Source: an uncultured Phycisphaeraceae bacterium (GTDB lineage Bacteria > Planctomycetota > Phycisphaerae > UBA1845). Taken from it: DNA of 64,000 bases. Below, piece by piece: positions 11,100 through 20,806 of this stretch. The notes beneath the pieces are model-generated. The model ran no database searches. It had not been told where the DNA came from and saw nothing but the letters and a program-made list of their open reading frames with translations. The stretch covers positions 21,145 to 85,144 of the forward strand of contig CAZGJA010000042.1 in assembly GCA_964526695.1 (NCBI GenBank), written 5' to 3'. A program made the position numbers and the translations under genes. The number at the start of each line of letters is the position of its first letter. Position 1 is the stretch's first letter.

Positions 11100-13505
11100 A
11101 TGGCTTGCAGGCTGTCAACGGTCGCCGTGTTTTGCCTTCTGGCTCTAGGGGCGAAACCTGGACTCGCCCAACCGTGCTCTCCGAACTGGAGCGACTGGTT
11201 TTCCGCGGGTGACCTAGCTGGTCAAGCGCGAGCATTGGCCTCGTTCGACGACGGCACGGGGCCGGCGCTTTATGCTGGTGGTCTGTTCACGACCGCAGGC
11301 GGCTTGACTGCCAATCGCGTTGCCAAGTGGGACGGTCTGACTTGGTCATCGCTCGGGTCGGGGATGAATAGTCCGATCTATGCGTTGACGGTCTACGACG
11401 ACGGCACGGGGCCGGCGCTTTATGCTGGTGGTCTATTCACGACCGCAGGCGGCTTGACGGTCAATCGCATCGCAAAGTGGGACGGCCTGACTTGGTCGCC
11501 ACTCGGGTCGGGGATGAACAATACAGTCTATGCGTTGATGGTCTACGATGACGGCAAGGGTCCGGCGCTTTACGCTGGCGGCCTTTTCACGACCGCCGGC
11601 GGCGTAGCGGCAAATCGCATCGCTAGGTGGAACGGTTCGACTTGGTCGTCGTTGGGGGCGGGATTGGACAACGAGGTCCGTGCACTTGCTGTGTTCGACG
11701 ATGGCCTAGGCACGGCACTCTACGCTGGCGGAGCATTCACAGCTGCCGACGGCGTTGCAGCCAATCGCATCGCCAAGTGGAACGGCTTGACTTGGTCGCC
11801 GTTGGGGACAGGGATGAACGGCTCGGTGTTCGCGTTGACCATACACGACGACGGCGGAGGCATGGCACTCTACGCCGGCGGCCTGTTTACAACTGCCGGA
11901 GGCATCGCGGCCAACAGAATCGCCCAATGGGATGGCGCGGACTGGTCGTGGTTGGGGACGGGGATGAACAGCTCTGTCTTTGCGCTGACCACGTACGATG
12001 ATGGGGCAGGCCCGGCGCTCTACGCTGGTGGCGTGTTTACGACCGCTGGAAGCGTCGGGGCCAACAGAATCGCCAAATGGGACGGCTTAGTATGGTCGCA
12101 GCTAGGGGCGGGGATGAGTGGCCCCTCGGTCGATGCGTTGCTCATGTACGACGATGGCACAGGCGCTGCGCTCTTCGCCGGAGGTTCATTCACAACGGCA
12201 GGAGGCGTCTCGAGTCCTAATATCGGCAAGTGGGACGGGTCGGCTTGGTCCCCGCTGGGGACCGGGATGAACAGCGACGTATTCGACCTCACTCTGTACG
12301 ACGACGGCACGGGCCCGGCTCTCTACGCTGGCGGCCCATTCACAACCGCAGGAGGTGTCGCGGCAAACAGAATTGCCAAGTGGGACGGCACCACTTGGTC
12401 GCCGCTGGGGACGGGGATAGATGCGCTCTGGGTCTCTGCGTTGACTGTATACGACGACGGCACGGGTCCAGCACTTTTCGCCGGCGGCACATTCACGACG
12501 GCTGGCGGCGTCGCGGCCCTCAATATCGGCAAGTGGGATGGGTCGGTGTGGTCCCCGGCGGGGACCGGGATGAACAGCGGGGTATCCGCGCTTAGTGTGT
12601 ACGACGACGGCACGGGCCTGGCACTGTACGCCGGTGGCTCGTTCACGATGGCCGGCGGCGTCGCGGCAAGCAGAATCGCCAAGTGGAACGGCTCGACGTG
12701 GTCACCGTTGGGAGACGGGCTGGACGACGCGGTGTATGCGCTGATTGTGTACGATGATGGTACCGGACCGGCGCTCTATGCGGGCGGGAACTTCGACATG
12801 GCGGGCGCCGTTGCGGCGTATCGCATCGCCAAATGGAACGGCGTGACTTGGTCTGCGCTCGGGACGGGGATGAACATTCCCCCTTCGTCCGTCGACGCGT
12901 TGACCGTTTACGACGATGGCATGGGTGCAGCGCTCTACGTAGGCGGGAACTTCGAGATGGCGGGCGGCGTAGAGGTCAACCACATCGCCAAATGGAACGG
13001 ATCGACTTGGTCTCCGCTAGGAACTGGTATGAACAGTTTCGGTTCAGTCGGCGCGTTGACCGTGTACGACGATGGCACCGGCCCCGCGCTCTTCGCCGGC
13101 GGAAACTTCACGACCGCAGGTGGCATAGCGGCAAGCAGAATCGCGAAATGGAACGGGTCGATATGGTCGCCACTTGGGACGGGTATGAACGACTCCGTCT
13201 ATCAGTTGACCGTTTACGACGACGGCGCGGGACCGGCGCTCTACGCCGGTGGCCGCTTCACAGTGGCCGGCGGCTTGTCATCGGGGCGCATTGCTCGTTG
13301 GGGTTACCCGGTTGAGGCCCCTGGTATTCCGGGAGATGTCGATGGCGACGGAGACGTTGACTTGGACGACTTCAACTCGCTTGCCAGTTGCCTCGAAGGG
13401 CCTGGGGTCCCTCCAGCGACGTGTTGTGAGTCGGCTGATCTCGACACGGACAATGACGTTGATCTTGTTGACTTCGCACAGTTTCAGATAGCTTTCGGAA
13501 ACTGA
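11100..13505 (+). CDS. Secreted 14-repeat beta-propeller protein with C-terminal dockerin-like domain
   Basis: CAGGAG RBS, signal peptide; 14 copies of about 50 aa YDDGTGPALYAGG.FTTAGG..A.RIAKW.G..WS.LG.GM; C-term GDVDGDGDVDLDD...DLDTDNDVDLVD. Confidence 0.88.
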   Translation: MACRLSTVAVFCLLALGAKPGLAQPCSPNWSDWFSAGDLAGQARALASFDDGTGPALYAGGLFTTAGGLTANRVAKWDGLTWSSLGSGMNSPIYALTVYDDGTGPALYAGGLFTTAGGLTVNRIAKWDGLTWSPLGSGMNNTVYALMVYDDGKGPALYAGGLFTTAGGVAANRIARWNGSTWSSLGAGLDNEVRALAVFDDGLGTALYAGGAFTAADGVAANRIAKWNGLTWSPLGTGMNGSVFALTIHDDGGGMALYAGGLFTTAGGIAANRIAQWDGADWSWLGTGMNSSVFALTTYDDGAGPALYAGGVFTTAGSVGANRIAKWDGLVWSQLGAGMSGPSVDALLMYDDGTGAALFAGGSFTTAGGVSSPNIGKWDGSAWSPLGTGMNSDVFDLTLYDDGTGPALYAGGPFTTAGGVAANRIAKWDGTTWSPLGTGIDALWVSALTVYDDGTGPALFAGGTFTTAGGVAALNIGKWDGSVWSPAGTGMNSGVSALSVYDDGTGLALYAGGSFTMAGGVAASRIAKWNGSTWSPLGDGLDDAVYALIVYDDGTGPALYAGGNFDMAGAVAAYRIAKWNGVTWSALGTGMNIPPSSVDALTVYDDGMGAALYVGGNFEMAGGVEVNHIAKWNGSTWSPLGTGMNSFGSVGALTVYDDGTGPALFAGGNFTTAGGIAASRIAKWNGSIWSPLGTGMNDSVYQLTVYDDGAGPALYAGGRFTVAGGLSSGRIARWGYPVEAPGIPGDVDGDGDVDLDDFNSLASCLEGPGVPPATCCESADLDTDNDVDLVDFAQFQIAFGN

Positions 13506-13554
13506 GAGGCCCGGTGGTGCAAGGGCCTCGAAAAACCGTACGTTCGACTCGGAG

Positions 13555-14580
13555 TCAAGCCGCCAGGGCCAGCAGGGCGCTAGCCCTTTCGTCGGCCTCG
13601 GTGCGGTCGCCGGCGTGCTTGATCCGGCCCGCCAGGCGCGTGAGCGCATCGACGACACAGAAGATGGTGAACCGGCCGCGTTGGGCGGCAATCTCCACGG
13701 CCTCTTTGGCGGCGGCGCGGGGGATGCCCTGCTTGGCCAGCACCTTGAGCACGTCCTCGGCGCTGCGGCCCAGCGTGGTCTCCATCGCCTTGCGAATCGC
13801 GTTGACGAACCCGTCGCGGCGCTGGTCGCGCTTCTCGACCAGCTTGCCGATGATCTCGCGGATCTGCCCGAAGCACTCATGCACGTTGGCCGTGTGCTTG
13901 CGGGTGAACTCGACGATTTCGACGGCGTCCCACACGATGTGGTTGGCGCAAACCGCCTGGAACCAGAAGGTCTGCACCCCGACCGAGCGGCGTCCTACCT
14001 CGCTGTTCCACAGGAAAAAGCCGGGGGCGAAGGCCTCGCCGTCGATCTCCGTCCAGCCGGCCGGGTCGATCAGGAAGACGAACATGTCCTGCTCGCCGCA
14101 GTACAGCCCGGTGCCGCCGATGGTCGCGGTCTGCGGCGGCTGAAAGTCCGTCGCGAACTCGCGAACCATCGACAGCAGGTCGCAGTTGTACAGCCGCGTG
14201 TAGGCGGCGCCGTGAATGGCGCGCACGGTGTCGTCCATCGTGAGCGCCTGGAGCGGCTTGCCGTCGGACGGCAAGGTCTCGAAGAAGATCTGGCTGGCGG
14301 TGGCCGCGGAGACGCGATTGAGCGTGTCCTTGTTCACGTTCGCCAGTCGGCAGAGCTGCGAGAAGCTCCATTCGTTCATGTTGAAATTTCCGTCTTCGCC
14401 GAGCACGACCCGGCAGCGACTACCAGCCGGCTCGACTTTGATAGCCTGCGGCGGGTGCCAGCGGTCCACGGAGCGCTCCTTCTCGTCCTGGCAGTGACGC
14501 CAGAGATCCTGGAGCGTGTCGAACCGCTCATCGACGCCGCGTGAGTACAGCTCGTTGTGAGCACGCGTGAGATTCTGCAT
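13555..14580 (-). CDS. DUF932-family mobile element protein
   Basis: MQNLTRAHNELYSR..DERF, GLYCGEQDMFVFL, PGFFLWNSEVG, FQAVCANHIVW motifs. Confidence 0.8.
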   Translation of the reverse strand: MQNLTRAHNELYSRGVDERFDTLQDLWRHCQDEKERSVDRWHPPQAIKVEPAGSRCRVVLGEDGNFNMNEWSFSQLCRLANVNKDTLNRVSAATASQIFFETLPSDGKPLQALTMDDTVRAIHGAAYTRLYNCDLLSMVREFATDFQPPQTATIGGTGLYCGEQDMFVFLIDPAGWTEIDGEAFAPGFFLWNSEVGRRSVGVQTFWFQAVCANHIVWDAVEIVEFTRKHTANVHECFGQIREIIGKLVEKRDQRRDGFVNAIRKAMETTLGRSAEDVLKVLAKQGIPRAAAKEAVEIAAQRGRFTIFCVVDALTRLAGRIKHAGDRTEADERASALLALAA

Positions 14581-14851
14581 GGGTAGTTCCTTTCAAAAAA
14601 CAGGGTTGACCTGAGACAGGCCTGCAAATGCACCACCGGTCTCTCACCCGCCGTGACGCGGTGTCCGGGCGGGCGAGAACGGTGCGGGGTCAATCTGCCC
14701 GAGCGATGCTGAAAACGAGCGAACGGCGCGTGGCCGGGCGGGATGTGCTGGCGGGGATGCTGAAAGAAAGGCGCGATTCAGAGGTGTGAATGACGAGAGG
14801 GTGGCGCATGCTGCCGAGCCGGAAGGCCCGGGGACCAACCTCTCGCGTGCG

Positions 14852-15091
14852 TCAGGACTTTTCCTGCGAGCGTTCGCAGATCCACGTGTGGGCCAGGTCG
14901 GCGACCTTGGCGGCGACCAGCAAGTCGTCGCGTCCGAACGTGTCGGACTGCTCCCAGTTGTCGCCATCTTTGTAGAGCCGGCGAAGCTGCACGTTGTGCC
15001 GCACGCCGCCCTCCACCTCGTTGGCCCAGATCACGGCCTTGATGCGGCCGAGCCGCACTTCGTGAACGGGTTTGTCCTTTTCCTTCGGCAT
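14852..15091 (-). CDS. Small SSB/PC4-like protein, copy 2
   Basis: AAGGAG RBS; KPVHEVRLGRIKAVIWAN...RLYKDGDNW...FGRDDLL...AHTWI; strong identity to copy 1. Confidence 0.75.
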   Translation of the reverse strand: MPKEKDKPVHEVRLGRIKAVIWANEVEGGVRHNVQLRRLYKDGDNWEQSDTFGRDDLLVAAKVADLAHTWICERSQEKS

Positions 15092-15116
15092 GGTGATTTC
15101 TCCTTTGCCTTCGGTT

Positions 15117-15233
15117 TCAGAATCCACTTGATACACACTCATAACGCTCCTCGTCGATTACTCGCTCCGTTCGCGTCGTGCGTCGCATGACGTTGCCGCC
15201 CTGCTCGGCGCCGCGTGCGGAGCCTTCGTTCAT
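15117..15233 (-). CDS. Possible 38-aa peptide
   Basis: AGGAGGT RBS before ATG 15233; MNEGSARG...CVSSGF; immediately upstream of SSB-like copy 2. Confidence 0.3.
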   Translation of the reverse strand: MNEGSARGAEQGGNVMRRTTRTERVIDEERYECVSSGF

Positions 15234-15876
15234 CCTGGCTGTCACCTCCTCTCTGCAACCTGCGCAGCATGCCACTCCCTCCGGCTCGGCGCGCACAGGC
15301 GGCGTCGCGACGAAGGAAACGGAACTCAGCGTTACCGGGATGCAGGACCGCGAAGCGCGGTCGTTGGGAAAGAACAGCTTGCGGCGCGACCGTAGCACGT
15401 TTCGGGCGCACGGGTCAAGCGGCGCTGCCCGTCTGGTGCCGCCTGCCATGCCCACCTTCATCATAAGCGTGACGGGTCGCGTCTGCACGAACCGAGTCAC
15501 CTGCCCCCCCGGCAGTCCGCTGCGGTCCGCGATCGCCTGGGACACCTGGGCGGCAACCGCCAGCACCCGTTGCCGCCCCTGCACCGGGTCTGCCGTATAA
15601 AGCCGTCGTCGTCGGGTCCTCGCCCCGTCGAGGCCGTCAGGCCCTTGGGACCCGACGAGGACGGCTACGGCAGACCCAGTGCTGCGCCACCCTGAATCCA
15701 GTCCCCACCCACCCTGCCGGTAATGCCTGAGTCCGAGGGTTCCTCGATTCCACGCCGCTTTGCACCGGTCGCACGAGCGCCTCCGACCCGCCCCTGAGAA
15801 CAGGCTTGTTGCCTGGATTTTTCTTCGCGCCGCCATCGCGGATGGATAGAATGTAGCAACCGCCGTTCCCGGCGCG

Positions 15877-15974
15877 GCTCTTTGACAACCGCAGAGCGCC
15901 GTCCCCAAACGAGTTCAACCCCTTCGCGGGTTTACTGGCCCCCTCTCCTGCCGGGGCCTTACAAATTCCGCAGG
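15877..15974 (+). ncRNA. Structured leader element copy 3 (boxA-like site, hairpin, H-type pseudoknot)
   Basis: GCTCTTTGACAAC at 15877; AACCC-CTTCGC-GGGTT; stems GGCCCC 15937-42/GGGGCC 15953-58 and CCTGC 15947-51/GCAGG 15970-74; covaries with the copies at 29.0 and 29.6 kb. Confidence 0.65.
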
Positions 15975-16129
15975 AAACAAAGCGGCTCCATCGGAGTCGG
16001 TCGCGGGCCAAGCGGCTCCTGACTTCATTTACGAAGGGCAACATCCTATCCCATTAGCGCTCTCCTGCCCTTGAGCGAGAGAGCGGTGATGTAGGAGGAG
16101 GATGAGGCAACCTGTAAGTGAAATAGGAG

Positions 16130-16438
16130 ATGAAGCATATGCTTTGGTTATTGCGATTGCTACTCATAGGACCCGAGTCGTTCAAGGTTCCCCGACGCCA
16201 GCCGACTTCCGTCGATACGCCGGTGGGCGACCGTCAACCGACGGACGCCTTCACCAACGGACGGATGAAGCTGCGGGTGTGGAAGAACTACGACAAGCGT
16301 GGCGAAGTCTTTTACAACTTCGACCTGGTCCGACAGGTGGAGCATGGCCGGCACGCAAAGTCTTTCCAGTTGCAAGACCTGGAACCGGCAGTGGAATGCT
16401 TGAAGCGGGCGCTTGCCTGGGATCGAGACCGTAAGTAG
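16130..16438 (+). CDS. Divergent SSB/PC4-like protein, copy 3
   Basis: C-terminal half FTNGRMKLRVWKN..GEVFYNFDLVR...KSFQLQDL...ALAW aligns by eye to copies 1 and 2; start 16130 or 16139. Confidence 0.55.
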   Translation: MKHMLWLLRLLLIGPESFKVPRRQPTSVDTPVGDRQPTDAFTNGRMKLRVWKNYDKRGEVFYNFDLVRQVEHGRHAKSFQLQDLEPAVECLKRALAWDRDRK

Positions 16439-16445
16439 CCGGACT

Positions 16446-16476
16446 GTGTAGGAGCTAACCCTCCTACACTTTTTTT
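16446..16476 (+). terminator. Intrinsic terminator
   Basis: GTGTAGGAG-CTAACC-CTCCTACAC followed by T7. Confidence 0.85.
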
Positions 16477-16505
16477 ATTGCCATATCGGGCCATGGAACG
16501 CAAGC

Positions 16506-17738
16506 TCAGGGATAAAATAGCCCCATGTCGCGCCAGATCGGTGCAAGCTGCTGAAACTCCTCGAACAGCTTGCGGTACTGGTCCCAGTCCGCGTCGGTCT
16601 TGGGATAGGGTGTGGTCCACAAGGGTCGGTCGTTCTTCTGATACTGCTGGATGTAGGCAAATCCCTTGGCGCTCTTGGCTTTGCCACAACCCGCAGAGAC
16701 GAAGGTCTGGAGGTCGGTGGTGATGCCGAGCTTGACCAACGTGTTGTACGACGTCATTTCTGAGGGGCCGTCGATGAACATCATTCGCTGACTCGTCTCG
16801 CCGTGACCGAATCGCCAGCGTCCCTTGGCCAGGAAGGGCTGATACTTGGCCTGAACGGCCGGGTCTTCCGCCAGCTTGCGGTTGCGCGCCAGGTCGATTC
16901 CGGCTTTCTGTTGCTCCGCCTCGGCCTTGACCTTCTCGGCCTCAGCCTTGGCCAGCTCTTCGGTCTTCTTGTCGCGCTCGGCGCGGATCGCGGCCTCGAT
17001 CCGCTCGGTTCGCTCGCGGGCGAGCTTCTCATCGAAATCGGCCATCGCGTCCGACAGAGTGGTCGGCCCAGGCGCGTTCGGGGCTTCACGGGCGAGTAGC
17101 TCGATGGAGCGGCGGGTGTCGGCGTAGGCTTTAATCGCGGCCTTCAGCGCCCAATCTTCTCGGTCCAGGTGACCCGTCCAGTCCTGCGACGGCGCGTAGT
17201 CGCCCGTGTCTTCCTTGATGGCGGCCTCGACCGGCTCGAACAGCAGGCGTAGCTTCTCCTTGGACGCGGACACCTGGTCCGGCGTCCAAAGTGCTTCCTG
17301 TCGATAGAGCCCGGCGAACTTCTCGACTCGTTCGGGTTCGACGGCGATTCTGCGGCCGCGTTCGTCGGTGAGCAGCACGCGAACCTCTCGGTCCCATGCG
17401 GCGAGTTGTGCCTCCACCTCGGCCAGCGTCGAGCGGACGCCTTCGATTTTCTGCCGGGCCGCCTGGAGCTTCAGACGATTCAGGGTTCGGCGCTCGCGGT
17501 CCACGGATTCGACAATTGAGTTCTCATTCGGAAGGACGGTCGATTCGCCCGCGCTCGTTAGCCCCGACGTGCCTCCTGCATTGACGAGCGCAGATTCGGT
17601 CGGTTTGGCGATGGACATGAACGAGCGCACAGTGAGCACCACGATGCCTGTCCCCAAGACGATGCAGGCGAAGATCATGACGTGGAGTCCAGAAACGTAC
17701 TCGCCCAGAATGCGGCCAAATTGTTTATTGGGATTCAC
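16506..17738 (-). CDS. Membrane-anchored coiled-coil protein, last gene of the transfer operon
   Basis: Single N-terminal TM (VMIFACIVLGTGIVVLTV), long E/K/A-rich helices; ATGA overlap with the VirD4-like gene. Confidence 0.8.
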   Translation of the reverse strand: MNPNKQFGRILGEYVSGLHVMIFACIVLGTGIVVLTVRSFMSIAKPTESALVNAGGTSGLTSAGESTVLPNENSIVESVDRERRTLNRLKLQAARQKIEGVRSTLAEVEAQLAAWDREVRVLLTDERGRRIAVEPERVEKFAGLYRQEALWTPDQVSASKEKLRLLFEPVEAAIKEDTGDYAPSQDWTGHLDREDWALKAAIKAYADTRRSIELLAREAPNAPGPTTLSDAMADFDEKLARERTERIEAAIRAERDKKTEELAKAEAEKVKAEAEQQKAGIDLARNRKLAEDPAVQAKYQPFLAKGRWRFGHGETSQRMMFIDGPSEMTSYNTLVKLGITTDLQTFVSAGCGKAKSAKGFAYIQQYQKNDRPLWTTPYPKTDADWDQYRKLFEEFQQLAPIWRDMGLFYP

Positions 17739-20700
17739 TCCGGCGGCTCCTTACTTGCAAACAGGTTATCCAAACGCTCTTCCAAGTCATCCTTCTGTTC
17801 CGGCGGCGCCGGCGGTTTGGGCGCCGCAGGGGGTCTTGCGGAGGCGGCCGTACCCGCCGATGCCGCTGAAGCTCGGGGAGGCGGAATGGCAGCGGGGGCC
17901 GACTCGCGCGGCGGAACGTAGGTTCCGGGTTGTCGGCCGGGCCAGGATGCGGCCGAGCGCCGCTCATACTCGTCCTGGGAAATATGAAAGTCGGAAAACA
18001 CGGGGAACAGTCGTCCGCCAAACTGTGTCCAGCCGCGGCCGCGGGTAATCTGGACGAGGCTGTGCTGCTCGCGATCGCTGAAGCTGATCACATCGTCACG
18101 GCGGATGCGGGGGCCGTATTGTTCGCTGAGCGAGAAGCTCTCGCCGCCGATGCGGGAAGTGGTCCAGCCGTAGGTGGCGGAATACCGCGATTGCTCGCCG
18201 GAGCCGAGGCTGAGCATCTCCTGAGCCGCGAGGTCGCTGGCAGAGAATACCTGGCGCAGCCGCGTATTGGCCTGAACAGTGGGAATCAAGTTGATGTTCT
18301 CGTTCTTTTTCAGGTCGCTTAGGGTCTGGTTGGCTAGGATCACGGAGATTCCGTGCGAGCGCGCCTGGCGAAGCACGATCTCGATGTTTGTGGAGACTAC
18401 CTGCTGGAACTCATCGACGAAGACGTACACCTGGTGGTTGGACTTGCCGCGATGCACGGCCGCAGTTAGCAGCGAGTGCAGGGCGAGCTTCGCCGTTTCG
18501 CGTGCGGACGATTCCTCCAGCGGCGCGGAGAGATAAAAATACACGACGTGCGGTCGTCGCACGACCGCGGACATGTCAATTTGATAGCGGATTACTTCGG
18601 GGTTCGGGGCGGATTCGGCGGTGATGTTGAGCGCGTGATTCGCAGCGAGCAGATCCACAACCGTGTACAGGTGCGTTCCTTCCTCGTGTTGGCGTTTTTC
18701 AATGTTGAGTTCCTTCCGCCGCGGGCGTAGATCAACGGCGAAGTATCTGCTAAGGTCGCGGAACGAACTGATGCGTTGGTCCTCCCGCAGCACCTTGACG
18801 AGCGTGTCGCGGTGGATGGCCGAAAAGTAAGAGGGTCCGAATCCCTCCCCGTAGTCGAGGCCCAGGGATTGCAGGAGGATAGAGGCCTTTTGTTGAATTG
18901 TCAGCTCCCTAAAATGACCTTGCAAGAAGGGGTTGAAGGCAAAGGTGTGTCTGCCTTGGTGGTTGGTATACCACTTGAAGCGAAGCATTTGTTTCTTGCG
19001 CTTGACCGCGCCGTTCACGTGATCGACGCGAATCCGCGCGGCTTCAAAGAGGGCGGCGTCGCCCTTGAGGTCAATGATCACGACCGACGTGTGTGGCAAC
19101 CCGATGAGTTGGGCGGCGAGGGGGGCGATTCCCAGGGCGGTCTTGCCCGACCCCGTGTCTCCGGTGATGTGGGCGTGTTCGTGCAGGATGCGTCGGTCCA
19201 TGAGAATGGGATAGTCCACCACTGGGTTGCAACCAAAAAAGAGGTGGTCGCATTCACGCACTGGGCGGCCTTTTGAATCCATGACTCGGAAGCGGGACTG
19301 GCGGAGCCGGTCCACGTAAGCTTCCCAGCGAGATAGCTGAGGAACCCGCTGATACGCGCCCGGCGCGCGAGCAGTGCCTTCGAGCGTGCGCGCGTGATGA
19401 AGCAAGCGGCGGGCCCCCAAGGCGAAGGAGGTGGAGAGAAGGAAAACGCCGATGGCGGCGTAGCAGGCAAACACCGAGGCCGTCATGCTGAAGAAGAAAA
19501 ACGTCTCGCCGCGGGTCATCCCCTGGAGCGTGGAGAGCAGGTAGCCTTCGTAAGACTGCAATCGGACGGCTGCAGCGCGACGACGCGCGTTCCGTTCCTC
19601 TGTCGCCAGCCGGGCCTTGACATATGCCTCCCGCTGCGATTGGGGGATATGCTTGAGTACCTGCTCGGGAACGCGGACGTTGGATTGGGAACTCGGGCGA
19701 TTGGCGGGGTTATCGAACTCCTCGCTCATCACCCACGACCGCGCTCCGGCGTCAATCCACGGGCCGTTGCCGTAGAACAGAACGGGGATCGGGAAGTAAG
19801 CGCAGACCGGAACGAGCGCCAAGGCAAGCATGAGGGAAATGTAATAGGTCGTGATGAAGCGCCGGCGCATCGATCCGGCGGGGCTCTGGAACACGCCTGG
19901 CGCAACCGTCTGCTTGTAGTTGTAGGAAAACCATGAGGACCATGCGTCATAGACAATTCGGCAAACCTCGATCCAGGTCGCATCCGGATACAGCCGGTGT
20001 GCCTGATGCGCGCCGTAGATGAGCAAGGCGGTGATGTAGACCAGCAGACCCGCCAAGCCACTGAAGAATGGGCCTGGTACCAGCATGGCGGTGAGGGTCG
20101 CCGCCAGCAGGGCGACCAGCACGAATGCCAGCGCGACGTAGTAGTGCTGGAGTTCGCGTCGCTCGGGTGCGAGCAGTGCGAGGGAAGGGTCATCAACTGG
20201 GGGAGCAGCGGGAGCCTCGGCAGCAGCGACTTCACGTTTGGGAGCGCCGGCCGCGGCGCGAAGCGACGCCGACGGAGAGGCGAACGCTCGCAACGTGCCG
20301 CGAAGCGTGGCATGCATCCACACGGAGCGCCAACGCATGCGCGTGGGTCGGTCGAGTTGGGGATGGGCGTGCATCCACATGGCCCGGTGGGTGACGACGG
20401 AGTGGGCGAGTTGGATGGCAAGGGCGCCCGCGATGAGCCAAAGGACGACGTGAAGCCCCGCCGTAGTCACGACGCTGAGCAACCACAGGGCCGGGCCGAG
20501 AATGCTCCAGCCAATAAGTGCCGCTCGGGGGACGCCGTTGAGATACAGGGATACTACGTGCAACGTCATGAGCAAGGCGACGACGGAGAGGAAGAGTGAG
20601 GTGGCGGTGCTTTCGGCGACCGCTCGAACGGCGAAGGCCACGAGGGCTCCGACGCCGCCCGTGGCCAGGAAGAACCGCAGCGTGGCATGACGCGCTTCCT

Positions 20701-20806
20701 TGTCGGTGGCGTCGGTCGTGCGGTAGTCCAGCTCCATCCCGGCCGTCGGTGGGAGTAGGTCCGGAGCGAGTCCGTCATACGGGTTTTCGTGTTCAGGCGC
20801 CAGCAC
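17735..20806 (-). CDS. VirD4/TraG/TraD-like coupling ATPase with large multi-TM N-terminus
   Basis: Walker A GDTGSGKT, IIDLKGD, Walker B VFVDEFQ, QARSHGISVILANQTLSDL; many hydrophobic segments in the first about 460 aa; likely GTG start 20806 with GGAG RBS. Confidence 0.88.
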   Translation of the reverse strand: MLAPEHENPYDGLAPDLLPPTAGMELDYRTTDATDKEARHATLRFFLATGGVGALVAFAVRAVAESTATSLFLSVVALLMTLHVVSLYLNGVPRAALIGWSILGPALWLLSVVTTAGLHVVLWLIAGALAIQLAHSVVTHRAMWMHAHPQLDRPTRMRWRSVWMHATLRGTLRAFASPSASLRAAAGAPKREVAAAEAPAAPPVDDPSLALLAPERRELQHYYVALAFVLVALLAATLTAMLVPGPFFSGLAGLLVYITALLIYGAHQAHRLYPDATWIEVCRIVYDAWSSWFSYNYKQTVAPGVFQSPAGSMRRRFITTYYISLMLALALVPVCAYFPIPVLFYGNGPWIDAGARSWVMSEEFDNPANRPSSQSNVRVPEQVLKHIPQSQREAYVKARLATEERNARRRAAAVRLQSYEGYLLSTLQGMTRGETFFFFSMTASVFACYAAIGVFLLSTSFALGARRLLHHARTLEGTARAPGAYQRVPQLSRWEAYVDRLRQSRFRVMDSKGRPVRECDHLFFGCNPVVDYPILMDRRILHEHAHITGDTGSGKTALGIAPLAAQLIGLPHTSVVIIDLKGDAALFEAARIRVDHVNGAVKRKKQMLRFKWYTNHQGRHTFAFNPFLQGHFRELTIQQKASILLQSLGLDYGEGFGPSYFSAIHRDTLVKVLREDQRISSFRDLSRYFAVDLRPRRKELNIEKRQHEEGTHLYTVVDLLAANHALNITAESAPNPEVIRYQIDMSAVVRRPHVVYFYLSAPLEESSARETAKLALHSLLTAAVHRGKSNHQVYVFVDEFQQVVSTNIEIVLRQARSHGISVILANQTLSDLKKNENINLIPTVQANTRLRQVFSASDLAAQEMLSLGSGEQSRYSATYGWTTSRIGGESFSLSEQYGPRIRRDDVISFSDREQHSLVQITRGRGWTQFGGRLFPVFSDFHISQDEYERRSAASWPGRQPGTYVPPRESAPAAIPPPRASAASAGTAASARPPAAPKPPAPPEQKDDLEERLDNLFASKEPPE

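Noticed and set aside
11100-13300. Diversity-generating retroelement TR/VR pair
   Set aside because: The repeats are in-frame protein blades, there is no adenine-specific pattern, and no reverse transcriptase is in the window.
13506-13529. Intrinsic terminator after the beta-propeller gene
   Set aside because: A 7-bp hairpin is present but no U-tract follows on either strand.
15117-15908. 263-aa minus-strand ORF
   Set aside because: Low-complexity N-terminal part overlapping regulatory DNA; only the last 38 codons have an RBS.
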